Source of the DNA: Halodesulfurarchaeum sp.
GTDB lineage: Archaea > Halobacteriota > Halobacteria > Halobacteriales > Halobacteriaceae
Length of the DNA stretch: 64,000 nucleotides
Assembly (NCBI GenBank): GCA_034520565.1
Contig: JAXHNL010000002.1
Location: 32,001 to 96,000 of the forward strand
Direction: 5' to 3'
In this document: one piece after another, positions 20,859 through 31,798 of the stretch
Position numbering within the stretch: position 1 is the first letter of the stretch
How the letters are laid out: the number at the start of each line of letters is the position of its first letter
Notes under the pieces: generated by a model
The model's input: the letters and a program-made list of their open reading frames with translations, nothing else
Databases searched by the model: none
What the model was told of the DNA's origin: nothing
Program-made: the position numbers and the translations under genes

Positions 20859-22031
20859 ATGAAATTTGAACCCTCGGCGATTAAGAAAGAGGAGACAGAG
20901 GAGATTATCGACACTCTCATTAGTCATGTTACTAAATCGGACGAGGAAATCGTACAGGAAGCCGAAAAGAAGCGAAAATCAACAGAACTGAAAGTTTTCA
21001 TAGCGGATAATACCGGCTTCGAACTAGGCACAATCAACTCGAAATTGCAGGAATTGTATAGCAATGGGAGTCCGTCAGACTACGTGATTAATTTCATTGA
21101 TGATCATACCTTTGAGGAGGAGATCCTAAACGGAGACGTATCGTATTTAGAGATCCAAACCCCGAAGTATTCGAGGGTCGACCAATTCATTCTGCTAGAA
21201 AAAGAAGACTATTTGAGAGTTCTTACGGTTGAAAGGAGATATTGGACAAAGAGGACCATTGAGCGGTTAATCCGGTATTTGCCTGGTTTGGATAGAATTT
21301 TCCTTTCCTCGGAAGACTTGGAAGAAACAGTATTAGAAGAGGAGGATAACACGCATTTATCTGGATTTACTGCAAAGCATAAACCCTACTACTCAGAAAA
21401 GGAATTGAGTATCCAATTTCATGGAGGAGAGGAAAGCGACCTCCGGAAAGTTGAATCTGAATTTGATGCGAGACCTACTAGAGTTGAATTCGGGCAAAAG
21501 AACAGTCCCACTGATGCCGTAAAGGGCGCTGTAAGGCAAGACGGCTACTATTCAATTCCTACGATTCGGGCTGGATCTGAAGAACTGGGTTACCAGACGA
21601 TTATGAGTATATCGGATAGCTTGGAAAATCATGATCGAGCGAATTTCGACATTGGGCATCGGCCAAGACAGGAATTCGAAGAAGGGTTCTCGATTGAGGG
21701 ATATACACGTATCCTGCTCAATGAGGAAAGTGAAGGGAGAAGTGACATCGTCACCGACGGTGGTCGTGAAGAGCTTATTGAAAAGCTGGAGGAGAATATC
21801 CTGGACTATAAACAGAGGTACAAATACTCCGTTTGGGATGACGGGGACTTTCATGTATTTGATACCGAGACTCGAGTCCCCTTCCAGGTAGGTGTTGAGG
21901 GAAAGGATCTCGTATTGTTTGCAAAACCTGCGACAACGTCTAAGGCGTTGAGGGAATTCAGCAGGATTGTGTTGGAAGAGTTCAACTCCACGTATTCCTT
22001 TGAAAAGGAATCACAGCAACTTTCCATATAG
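20859..22031 (+). CDS. Hypothetical protein (390 aa), first gene of a low-GC two-gene operon
   Basis: Long acidic ORF, ATG start, 3 bp from the next gene; no domain recognised. Confidence 0.8.
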   Translation: MKFEPSAIKKEETEEIIDTLISHVTKSDEEIVQEAEKKRKSTELKVFIADNTGFELGTINSKLQELYSNGSPSDYVINFIDDHTFEEEILNGDVSYLEIQTPKYSRVDQFILLEKEDYLRVLTVERRYWTKRTIERLIRYLPGLDRIFLSSEDLEETVLEEEDNTHLSGFTAKHKPYYSEKELSIQFHGGEESDLRKVESEFDARPTRVEFGQKNSPTDAVKGAVRQDGYYSIPTIRAGSEELGYQTIMSISDSLENHDRANFDIGHRPRQEFEEGFSIEGYTRILLNEESEGRSDIVTDGGREELIEKLEENILDYKQRYKYSVWDDGDFHVFDTETRVPFQVGVEGKDLVLFAKPATTSKALREFSRIVLEEFNSTYSFEKESQQLSI

Positions 22032-22034
22032 ACT

Positions 22035-22937
22035 ATGTCGGAGTGGGAGCGTCAGAAAAGAGAAATCGACTTCTATAATGTGTTTCATTCAGCGCTTGCA
22101 GGGGAACCCGGTGGTTCTGGTCTGATTGATTACGGCTATAGGTTGCTAGGACCTTTCATGCCCTTGCAAGATAATCAGAATTCTGTCGAGGTTGAGCCTG
22201 ATATTTCCATTTTTGATGGGGAGACACTCTTTCTTCTTGAACTGAAGTCGGGTAGCAATATTTCGGCAAACCATTTGGAGCAGATGGATGACTACTCAAA
22301 AGTGGGCCTTGAGGCCGCTGAAGGTTTCTTAGACGATACAGGGGTATCTGACCGAAAATCTGTGGAGAGAATTGATTTCAGCATTGTATACCGAAAAGAG
22401 TTGATTGAGAAATGTAGAATGGGCCGTTTGGGTAACTGTCTTGAGAGGCTTAAGTCACTGCGACAAAAAACAGCGATTCTTACTCAAGAGAAGGGGAAGC
22501 GGCTAAAAAAGGAGGGTGGAGTCGAACTAGCTGACAGCAATTTAGAAAGGATATTGAATAACGGGATATCTTTACCGCGAGTCCCGGAGCGAGTGTTTCA
22601 TTTATCCGAAAATATGGAAAAGGAGTCAATCGCATTCTCTATTTGCCATGACATAGTAATCAATAACTTGGTGGGTAGGTTCACGCTAACTCCCGTTCAG
22701 GTCTCAAATTTCTACGGTCCTCATAGGTCCCCACCAGTTGACAGGATTAAGACTACAATGGACTATCTGAATGAGATAGGAGCTTGCACGTACAACCAAG
22801 AGGAAGGTGAGTATCTGTTTACAGAACATCATGAAGAAGAAATTCTAAACATTGAAAGTCATCTTCGAAGTCAGAGGGTGGAGGAAACTCTTTCTGGTTC
22901 AGATGATGGGCAGGCAGAACTGGTAGAGTTTTCTTAG
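22035..22937 (+). CDS. PD-(D/E)xK nuclease-domain protein
   Basis: EPDISIFDGETLFLLELKSG...EQMDDY (PD-ExK followed by QxxxY). Confidence 0.72.
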   Translation: MSEWERQKREIDFYNVFHSALAGEPGGSGLIDYGYRLLGPFMPLQDNQNSVEVEPDISIFDGETLFLLELKSGSNISANHLEQMDDYSKVGLEAAEGFLDDTGVSDRKSVERIDFSIVYRKELIEKCRMGRLGNCLERLKSLRQKTAILTQEKGKRLKKEGGVELADSNLERILNNGISLPRVPERVFHLSENMEKESIAFSICHDIVINNLVGRFTLTPVQVSNFYGPHRSPPVDRIKTTMDYLNEIGACTYNQEEGEYLFTEHHEEEILNIESHLRSQRVEETLSGSDDGQAELVEFS

Positions 22938-23133
22938 GTACTGTATCATATAGGTTGGGTAACAACCTTGCCAAATCGATATTTTAATTCTTTTCATTGT
23001 TGACCATCCCCATCTCGACCATCCGAGTAAGGTGAGATTTTTACCAGAATTCCAGATATCAGGGTGAGTCCTAATATAATCTAAGTCATTAACTAATTCC
23101 TTCTCTTATAATTATTTGAACCCGATTAGCCAA

Positions 23134-25633
23134 TCAATTCCAATTAATATCATATTTTTGTCGACAATTACACCTCAATTCGTGGTAACCGTCAAATCTC
23201 TCATACCTAATTGATGACCCACACTCGTCACAGTACAGTAAGTCATAGGCTTCCTTATGGGCCTCAAACACTTCTTCAAATTCTGCCGGTCCGAGGGTCA
23301 ACCACTTTCCAGGTGTCCAGTGTACTCGCCGGTTTATTTTCTGTAGGTTTTGCCCCACGTTATCCAGAACACGGCCATATGCGTCATCTAATTCCCCCGC
23401 AGCTTCGAACATCTCTTCATCCTCTTCATTTTCGGGTGGATGGAGATTATCCCGGGCCTTGCCCGTCAAGTCTCCTAGGCGTCGGCTAACCGCGCTCTTG
23501 AAATCACCGACTGTGTGTCTTTGTCTTGGATCATATTCGATTTTGGCACCTATAGCTACGGCTGTTTGTTGTAGCATCCGTTCCAAAGCGTACCTGAGTT
23601 CATGGGCAGCTCGTTGGGTCTCATCATCGTCCATTGCTTCTTGAACTGTTTCCCACTGTTCTTCAACGTCAATCCGACGACGACTCTCTGTGATTCCTCC
23701 CTCAAACGACCATTCCCGCAACCATATTTGGCTACCCCCTCTAAGAACACCTTGAGATTTCAGCTGCTCTGCCCACAATTCATCATGGGTTGTAATGATT
23801 ATCTGATATTCTTCTGAAAACTCATCCGCAAGGAGTTTAGCGATTTCTAGACGGTGATCCTGATCAACGGACATCACAACGTCATCAAGCAACAACATTG
23901 AACGATTGCCTTGCTGTAAATAATCAGTCAATGCGAGATGGAGACACAGTCCATAGGTATCCAAGTGGCCCTCACTATGGATGGCATGTGGGGGATATTT
24001 CCCCGTCTCATAGAAATCCTTCTCAAGCTCCGCTCCCGTGTTGGTTATTTTGATTGAAGTCTCTGTGTCAATCTCATCGGGATGAATTCTGGCATAATAT
24101 GATTCGACGCGTTCGGCAATATCGTCATATATTTCCCCAATCACTTCTCGTCTTGCCTGTACAAACGCAGAACGAGCCTTTTCTGCAGCATCCGCAAGGA
24201 ACTCCAGTTCAGACACTCGATTACCTAATCTTTCATACTCTTCCCAATTATTTGCCAGTGTCTGGATTTTCTCATACTGCTCTTCTTTTTTGGTCAGATC
24301 TTCCAATTCATTCGCCTTTTCCACGAGAGTATCGCTGTCTTCTACCACTTCTTGGAAGTCGGCCGTTAGTTTACTATCCAATATTGAAAGAATGGGTATT
24401 TCATCGGGATCAAAACCATCTGGCTCAAGTATGTCCCCTGTTAGGAAATCAATTGTTTTGGAGACATCATCCGAGAATTCCACAAGGGATTCCCCTTCAG
24501 GATTTTCTTCAATATTCAGTTCTCTTGTGAGATATTTCAGGTGCTCTTGCCCGGATCTGAGGAAATCTTGAACATCGCTTTTCTCCTTTTCAATAGCACT
24601 CCGCAGCTCTTGAACCGACTCCAGTTCTTCTCGTCGTCTCCTAACAGCTTGAACTAACGGTCTCGATTCGGTCCACCCTTGCTCACAAAGTGGACATCGA
24701 TCAGCATCCGGTTCAATTACACTTTCTCCTAGTTCGAGTAAATCGAGATACTTTGCATCAACTTCAGAAGACTCCATTTCTCGCAACTGATTGATTTTAT
24801 CTTCAAGCGACTTTGCAGAGTTGGGAATTTTATCTTCAGCTTCCACAACCCAATCTGCAAACGACTCAAGCTCATCATGGAAGGGTTTCCTTTGGAGTGC
24901 TTCCGTTGTTGCAGTCTCCACTGGTGATTTTATTCCATCTCTAACAGTGTCTGCATCAATTTCCTTTACCGAACTTCCTTCGAAATTGGCCCGAAGTTCA
25001 TTTATTCTTGACCGGACTTTGTGACGAAGTGAGTCTGTAGCTTGTACCTCTGCATCAGTCAAATCCCTCAAACGATTACCCGTGGACTCTCTCGAGGCTT
25101 GGGATTGGTCTCTTAACTCCTCCAATTCGTCTCTCGTTCGCTTTAGACTGAGACGTCTTTTGTCGATATCGGGCAAATTCAGGAGATGTGAGAGTACCTG
25201 TCGCCGATCGCTCGGTCGAGTTAGAATCAGGTCTAACAATTCTCCTCGAGTCAGGAGGTGCTGTCCCTGATTTGCTATATTTATTATTTCCTGGAGTTTG
25301 TGAGGAAGTTTCCGTATAATGGGGTCAAGATTTCTCTACCTCGGCAGTCCTTCTAATTCGTTGTTCGGTTTCTGCATCTTGAAATGAGGCAGAAACCACA
25401 CAGGGTCCCTCAGCATCGACATTCGGTATTACTTCTGTTTCATTGATAGCCCCACTTCCCTCACCCGATAAATGTGTAACGCGATTAGTAAGTAAGAAAT
25501 CAATCGCCTCTAATATCGAACTTTTCCCTGAGCCGTTTGGACCAACAATAATCACGTTTTCCCCATCCAAACTTCTTTCAAATGTGCCCTTGACACCACG
25601 AAAATTTTCTATCGTGAGTTCGTTAAGATTCAT
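23134..25633 (-). CDS. SMC/Rad50-like ABC ATPase with zinc hook and HEPN-like/Zn-ribbon tail (RloC-like); frameshift near 25340
   Basis: IENFRG, Walker A GPNGSGKSS (ORF 25325..25633), CPLC hook, HSEGH signature, LLLDDVVMSVD, ITTH; tail with INRRVH and CDEC...CNC. Confidence 0.8.
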
Positions 25634-25814
25634 TCTCTATAGAACTCACCTCTATCAAATCATCAACCAGGTTATGAGGTACTTGGTCCGAGGTTATCGT
25701 TTCAGTGATTGTCTCGCCGATTTTTTCGTCATTAACTGTTTGTTCAATCTTTGCTCGGAATTCCTTGAAGATCTCTTCCTCAATCTCTTCGGAACTTGCA
25801 CCAGGGTCCACCAT
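25623..25814 (-). CDS. Small acidic protein (63 aa) translationally coupled to the ATPase
   Basis: ATG start, acidic helical sequence, 11-bp overlap with the ATPase start. Confidence 0.6.
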   Translation of the reverse strand: MVDPGASSEEIEEEIFKEFRAKIEQTVNDEKIGETITETITSDQVPHNLVDDLIEVSSIENES

Positions 25815-25911
25815 AATTTACACGACCAACCACTCAAGAGATCGGTATAATCCTTGCCCAAAATTGGTATAATAAATTAGGCATAAATATCTGCATTTCA
25901 GTAATTTCCAG

Positions 25912-27007
25912 CTACGTTATATCTTTTAGCACCTGCTGCCGTTGCTTCATCTTATCCTCTTCAGAGCGGACGTCGTAGTGCTGATCGATGATTCCGGGAG
26001 ACACGTTACACCGGTCACTTACGACGTCCTTTGCTACTCCCGTATGCAGTAGATGGGTGATGTAACCCCGACGAATCGGGTGGGGCGAAACACTCGACGG
26101 ACACTTCGAGGCCTGGGAAGCCCCTGACACCACATCACACTCATCTGGGTCTCGATGGTGAGGACACCCAGCACCGATCTCGCAAGGCCTCGACCACTTG
26201 TAGATATACTTCCGAATGGTAGACTTCGCGGGGCGGCCTTGCGAGGTCGCCAGCAGTGGTTCTCTACCGGTATCGGCCGTCACATCCGGCCGCTGATGGT
26301 CAAGGTAATCATCGATAACCGCTACAACCACTTCGTCAATTGCCACCGGCCTCTCTCCGTTCTGCCCGTTCTTGATGGCGGTCCCAGTGTCCGGTCGGTG
26401 GTTGATGTCCAGATGGGGTACGTCCGCATCCGGATTGTAGTCCTCGATGTCCAGCGAATGTGCTGCCCCCATTCGCATCCCAGTCTCGGAGAGAATGAGC
26501 CAGATGACGTGTTCAACGGTCGCATATTCGAATAAATCGAGATAGTCCAGTATCTCCTCGGCTCTCTCGGGGTGGAGCGTGGTGTCACTGGCTTTCTCGC
26601 CGTCGGGGACGGTTGGGACATTCACCTTGTGGTAGAGTCCCTGCGAGACCGCATCGATCGATTCGCACCACTGGATGAACACCCGGAGCGTTGCCATTTG
26701 GGTCCGCTCTGAAGAGATATTGAGCCCTTCTCGACGCCAGGCCTGGAACTCGTGCATATCCCGGCCGGAGAGGTCGTTTAGATCTGTCGATCCCCTCCTC
26801 ACGACACCAATCGACGAAGAAACCCAGCCTGGACCGGTGCCCTTTGACCGTCTCCGCAGCACAGTCTCGTTTCCGGTCATCGAGATACATATCGACAGCC
26901 TTGCCAGGTGAGATGGGTTGAAGTGTCTCTCCTGACTCGTCGAGGATATCCCGTAACGTATCCTCGATATCGGACTCCTCAGCGATACTGGGGACGACGT
27001 TTGGCAC
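25912..27007 (-). CDS. Tyrosine recombinase/integrase (haloarchaeal SNJ2-like); frameshift near 26786
   Basis: LQPISPGKAVDMYL...HRSRLGFFVDWC, TGMRMG, IKNG..GER, SPHPIRRGYITH, HYDVRS. Confidence 0.88.
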
Positions 27008-27013
27008 TGTCGG

Positions 27014-27190
27014 TTACTCCAGGTCGTTTGAACATCTTTTGAACCGAGAACTCCGTGGCTCTTCCTCCTCGAGATAGTCTTCGAGTATCTCCCGGAGATA
27101 TTCCGACTGGTTCTTTTCGCTCTCTGCGATCTCCTTTTCGAGTTTGCGTGCCTGTTCAGGTGGCAGGCGAGTGGCGAATGCACGTAGCAG
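27014..27190 (-). CDS. Ribbon-helix-helix (CopG-like) small protein; start uncertain
   Basis: Manual translation: LLRAFATRLPPEQARKLEKEIAESEKNQSEYLREILEDYLEEEE. Confidence 0.5.
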   Translation of the reverse strand: MLRAFATRLPPEQARKLEKEIAESEKNQSEYLREILEDYLEEEEPRSSRFKRCSNDLE

Positions 27191-27241
27191 TCGTGTTCAG
27201 GTGGGAGAGAACACTACCTAGGACTATTTATCTGCCAGTTC

Positions 27242-27706
27242 ATGGACGTGACCCGAATCGAGATACATGCGAATGCGAAAGGAATCATTGGGGAGTCGCT
27301 TGTTCTTGGGAACCGAGCACTCCCCGAACCAATAGTCGACGAGCTCTTAGGGATTCTCTCCAGGCTGAACGATGTGGGAGAAAATCCTAGGCCTACTGCA
27401 CGGATTCGGCGAAGTGTCTACTTCAATGCCACTGGCGAGGACGGTGGGAAGATGTTTTGGCATTCGGATGGGCGAATCACTATCATCTGGAGTTCACAAG
27501 AAGCACAACGAAATGTGGATCATGAATTCGCGCATCCCGACATAGAAGCAGTGTTTCCAGTAGATGAGAAGACTGGACCACATGCAAAACTAGAGCGGAA
27601 GCAGCGGGAAGTCCCTCGCACAATCGGAAAAACGCCAAATGTTGCATTCCCAACTGTAATCGGAGTTACCATCGAGGAACTTCAGAGGCATTCAATGCTG
27701 ATGTGA
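27242..27706 (+). CDS. Hypothetical protein (contains HEFAH)
   Basis: 154-aa ATG ORF divergent from the integrase; no family recognised. Confidence 0.35.
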   Translation: MDVTRIEIHANAKGIIGESLVLGNRALPEPIVDELLGILSRLNDVGENPRPTARIRRSVYFNATGEDGGKMFWHSDGRITIIWSSQEAQRNVDHEFAHPDIEAVFPVDEKTGPHAKLERKQREVPRTIGKTPNVAFPTVIGVTIEELQRHSMLM

Positions 27707-28206
27707 AAATCTCCACCAGGGGTTTTGAATGAGAACAGGATAATGCGGAGTTAACGACATTATCTGACAATTCAGTTCCTCAATTTGATCTCGAACCAAG
27801 ACCAAGAGTTAGCTAAGTAGGCGGCGCTGTGATCGCAAGCTTGGACATAGTCGGATTGCTTCTCGTTTCCGTGGCCCTACTCGGATTTAATCCGAGGTAG
27901 CAAACTTCTGGCCAAGAAGAGTCCCAACTTCGGGGAAGGAGAAACCGGTATTCAAAGTCTCCCTCGGGGATGGCATTTGTTTTAGTATTATCCGGCCTCC
28001 TCTTGGAGAGATCAAAGCTAATGTTACAACTCGTTATTTTGGGAAATAATTTAACGTTACAAATAATTTCTTTGATGCTGATTTACCGCCCTTAGGCACC
28101 GCTCACCGGAAGCATGTTCTCTTTATTTTCAAAATCGCCCGAGAAGGTTGTATATATGTTTGCTAACGGGGATTGGTTTGATGTGGTTGGGTTCATATTA
28201 TGACGT

Positions 28207-30792
28207 ATGAGTAATAAAGACTCTTTGCGCAATTATCAAGCGGAAGCGGCCAAATCAATTCCCAACACGTCAGGTCAGTACCGGTCGCTAGTGATGCCCA
28301 CAGGTAGTGGAAAGACCAGGGTAGCACTACAGTACGCAGATAATGAGACAAATAAAGGCAAATCCGTTGCTTACATCGTCAACAGCGATGCCCACGCAGA
28401 GCAAGTGTTAGGTGAGGCCGAAGAGATTGGGGTCTCGGCCGAACACATTCCTGGGAGTCATAATGAAGCGGTCCCTGAAGACCGTGTCGAGGATCGAGAT
28501 ATTCATATCGAAGATTATGACCTCGGATTAACAATTGGCATATTTTCATACCATGGGTATTTCTTAGGTAGCGAAGTGCCAAGATCTGATCTATTGATAG
28601 TTGATGATGCCCACGCCTTTAATGGGGAGAGTGTTTCATACTCTTCCATTGTTCTCCATCGTAACGACTGGGGGAGAAAATTTGAGACAATATTGGATCA
28701 TATCATCCGGACTAACCCATTATTAGCACAACAAATTGAAGGGTTAGAGAAGCCCGTTCATTTAAGGGGAGAGACTGTTTTGGTTCCTCCTCCAAAAACC
28801 GGCACTCAAAAAGAAGCTCTTCGCGAGTCAATCCATTCGTTGACCAGCGGGACAGGGTATGAAAAATATCTATTGAGTCAGCGGCTTGATGCATCACCTG
28901 ATTTCTTAAACTGGCCTTGTGTTGTGACGGCGAACTCTATCGTCTGGAGGCCATTTATTCTCCCCTTCGAATCATTTGGGAATCCTCCACATTCGAAAAT
29001 GTCGGAAGACGAAATGCTCCTTATGACCTCTATGCGGGACTCCGAAGAGTATCTTCAGAAACGCTTAGGCTTATCCAACCAAGTCAATACAGTTGATTTG
29101 CCCAAAAAGGCGCCAGAAATGGGTACAAGAATTGTAATTCCATATCCTGAAGTTCGATCCGCAAGCCCACCAAGTCAGAGTCACATCAATATCATTAATA
29201 AATGGACTAAGAAATTCGGGTCGATATTGGTGTCAGTTTCTTCAGACAAAGCATACGGCAGACTCGCTGGTGCAGATAATTTGTATGAAGAAATCACCCC
29301 TCTTCGATACAAATCTGCAAAAAGCATCACTGATTTTGAAGAGATTGAGGAACCGAAGATTTTAGCCCTCGTGAATCGTCCTTCAGGCATTGATATTCCT
29401 TCTGAGATTACGCAGGTTGCAATTCATCTAGAACTCCCACGTTCCACATCTGGTCATGAAAAAGTTGCGGGTGATATCGAAAAATCAGGCACAGTAGCTG
29501 ATGCTAGTTTAGCGGTGAGACTGTCTCAATTGCTAGGCCGGCTTAATAGAAGCCCAGACGACAGGAGTGTTCACCTAATTTTAGCCGGTCAACTCCCATT
29601 TAGAAGTGGTTCTGTTTTTGTCAAATCATTAGACCCAGAGGTCCTGTTGGATCTCATAATCGGCAAGAGAGGGTTCCGCAGAGATTTCGAACTTCCCGAT
29701 GACCCGGATCTAATCGCCCAAGTTATGAAATTCATATCCGGCGATGATCAGCGCCGGAGCAAGTACGCTAATGATGCCGAACAACTCAGACGATCCGTAC
29801 TGAGCGAAATTGATGACTATTCTCCAGGGGTGAATGCTCATGTGAACGCGAATTTGTTTGTTGCGCGAGGCAACTTTTCTGAGGCTGCAAAAGAGTACTC
29901 AACTTTCGCAATAGAGGCTTCAAAAGAAGACTATAATGCTCACGCTTCATTTTATGATTATCAGTCTGTTGCGTACGCCAAAGCAGAAGAGCCCAATGAG
30001 GAAGACCTGTTAGGTAGCAAGCCTGAGGCGGTTATTAATAGGTCTCTCGGAAGAAACCCACCAAGTAGTGCTTTGGTAATGGCTCTTCGTCAATTGAATG
30101 CTGGACAAAGTGAAGAGGCGTCTGACGAAGTTGAAAAATATGCTGTTGAGCTTGACCTCAAAAGGCAGTCGCATTATTCATATTTGAGTTGGGTCGAGGA
30201 TGTCAGTGATGTGATCCCGGATCAGGAAAACCGAACTGATATCAACAAATGGCAAGAGTACTGGCGAAAGAAATTGACCCAGGCCGATCATGACGATCTA
30301 CTTGATGCCTATATCGAGGCAGTTCAACTGTTAGGGACTGACACACCTCATCGAGAGCTTGACAAGAATGATGCGAAAATTGTGTGGAAATCTACAGCAG
30401 ATAGGGATTACTCCATAGCTCTTGAAATAAAAGGTTGGGATCCGGAGAAGCGGGATGACCCTCCAGAACTGAAAGAGGACAATGTTGAACAGGCAAGGAC
30501 GAATGCAGACCACGTTGATGCCGATGCAGTGTTATTAGCAACCTCAAGAAAAGGTCGACAACGGAGAGTGCCAGAGAAAGCCCGACAGATGGGGGTTTCG
30601 ATAGTTCGATATGAGACTGCGATTGCCTTTGCTGATTTGTTGGCCGAACAGTGCGTCGCTATTGAAGAGGTAGAATCTGGCAAAAAAGATTCCTCCGACA
30701 TCCCGTATCATGCCAACAACCTGAAGGAAATGTTATCTAGTTCTGGTGGCGAGATTGACTCCATAGACGTTTCTGTTCTTGGCTCAAATTAA
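28207..30792 (+). CDS. SF2 helicase with C-terminal PD-(D/E)xK nuclease (Hna-like)
   Basis: Q-motif LRNYQ, MPTGSGKT, IVDDAH, NRPSGIDIP, QLLGRLNRSPDD; C-terminal NDAKIVW...IALEIKG...EQA. Confidence 0.8.
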   Translation: MSNKDSLRNYQAEAAKSIPNTSGQYRSLVMPTGSGKTRVALQYADNETNKGKSVAYIVNSDAHAEQVLGEAEEIGVSAEHIPGSHNEAVPEDRVEDRDIHIEDYDLGLTIGIFSYHGYFLGSEVPRSDLLIVDDAHAFNGESVSYSSIVLHRNDWGRKFETILDHIIRTNPLLAQQIEGLEKPVHLRGETVLVPPPKTGTQKEALRESIHSLTSGTGYEKYLLSQRLDASPDFLNWPCVVTANSIVWRPFILPFESFGNPPHSKMSEDEMLLMTSMRDSEEYLQKRLGLSNQVNTVDLPKKAPEMGTRIVIPYPEVRSASPPSQSHINIINKWTKKFGSILVSVSSDKAYGRLAGADNLYEEITPLRYKSAKSITDFEEIEEPKILALVNRPSGIDIPSEITQVAIHLELPRSTSGHEKVAGDIEKSGTVADASLAVRLSQLLGRLNRSPDDRSVHLILAGQLPFRSGSVFVKSLDPEVLLDLIIGKRGFRRDFELPDDPDLIAQVMKFISGDDQRRSKYANDAEQLRRSVLSEIDDYSPGVNAHVNANLFVARGNFSEAAKEYSTFAIEASKEDYNAHASFYDYQSVAYAKAEEPNEEDLLGSKPEAVINRSLGRNPPSSALVMALRQLNAGQSEEASDEVEKYAVELDLKRQSHYSYLSWVEDVSDVIPDQENRTDINKWQEYWRKKLTQADHDDLLDAYIEAVQLLGTDTPHRELDKNDAKIVWKSTADRDYSIALEIKGWDPEKRDDPPELKEDNVEQARTNADHVDADAVLLATSRKGRQRRVPEKARQMGVSIVRYETAIAFADLLAEQCVAIEEVESGKKDSSDIPYHANNLKEMLSSSGGEIDSIDVSVLGSN

Positions 30793-31399
30793 TCAACCAA
30801 CCAACCTACCCGGCTTCTCCAGCTTCTTTTTCGGACTTTTTAGCCCCATGTTCTCTGCGCACAGAAATGTCCTGTATTGTGCAGCGGTAGATATGACCTC
30901 TGCAAAGAATTGTCTGGGTTTTCTAGCATGTAATACCCAGGGAACAACTCTCTTGTGGGTGAGATAGCGAGGAGAGTTTCCGGAAAGTTCCAAAGGAGAG
31001 GTGTTTGAAGGTTTGTTCACTATGAATTACACATCCTGTAAATTCGAGGTCTTTTTGAAAAATTTTTGATCACAGCCAGCCTAAGGCCAATTGAAGCTAA
31101 GTATCTTTTCCCTTCTTGAGTGCCAATGGGAGGAGAGTTCTGATTCTACAGAATTCATCGCCCTCAAACAACCAAATAGCGCTGCGCACGCTCTGCGCGT
31201 CGCACATTTACCCGCGCCCCTTAGCGGTAACTATTATTGGAGTACCTGGCGAGAGCCCGTGGCAACGGCGGTCGCCGGAGCGGTTGCTACGGGTGGAGAG
31301 CGAGCCCAGAAACGCCGGTTCGGCCTCGGCGACAGTCGCGCTGCGGTCGACCATGAGGACACGGCTGAAGGCACCGCCTGACCTCCGGCACTGACTTTC

Positions 31400-31632
31400 C
31401 TTTGCTCCCGCACGAGTGCGCAGTTCATCGAAGGCGAGGGCCTCGATGCGGACAAGTTCGTCGAGGGTAGTGTAGAGGATGCTCGCCGTCACCGTTTTCT
31501 CGGCGAATGCGGCGGCGAGGAAGTGGTAGTAGACGCTTAGTTGTTTGCGATACTCGCTCTCAGACCGCCGACTCGCATCTGTTTTGTAGTCGACGGCTTC
31601 GACGGCCTAGTTTGGTTTCGTGGACGAGGTCG
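31400..31632 (-). pseudogene. Remnant of the C-terminal nuclease domain of a UvrD/AddA-like helicase
   Basis: DLVHET / AVEAVDYKTDASRRSESEYRKQLSVYYHFL (RecB-type DYKT...QLxxY); no upstream helicase domain. Confidence 0.75.
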
Positions 31633-31798
31633 CGGGTAGCGAATTAATCCTAAATGGCTTCGGGCAGTGGTTCAGGAAACGGTTGAGAAGCTCAGGGGGA
31701 TGCAGTTGGCGTCGGGGAGCAAGGTAGTTAACCGTCGAGAGGGCGCTCGGGAATTTTGCGTAAGTTGATACCGGAAGATGGCCGGAAGAACGGCTTAG

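Noticed and set aside
27830-28035. Possible small membrane-protein remnant (LDIVGLLLVSVALLG...MAFVLVLSGLLL)
   Set aside because: Interrupted by a stop, no clear start and no recognisable family.
31256-31293. Hairpin CCCGTGGCAAC...GTTGCTACGGG as terminator or element end
   Set aside because: Isolated, no T-tract or second copy, and it lies among gene debris.
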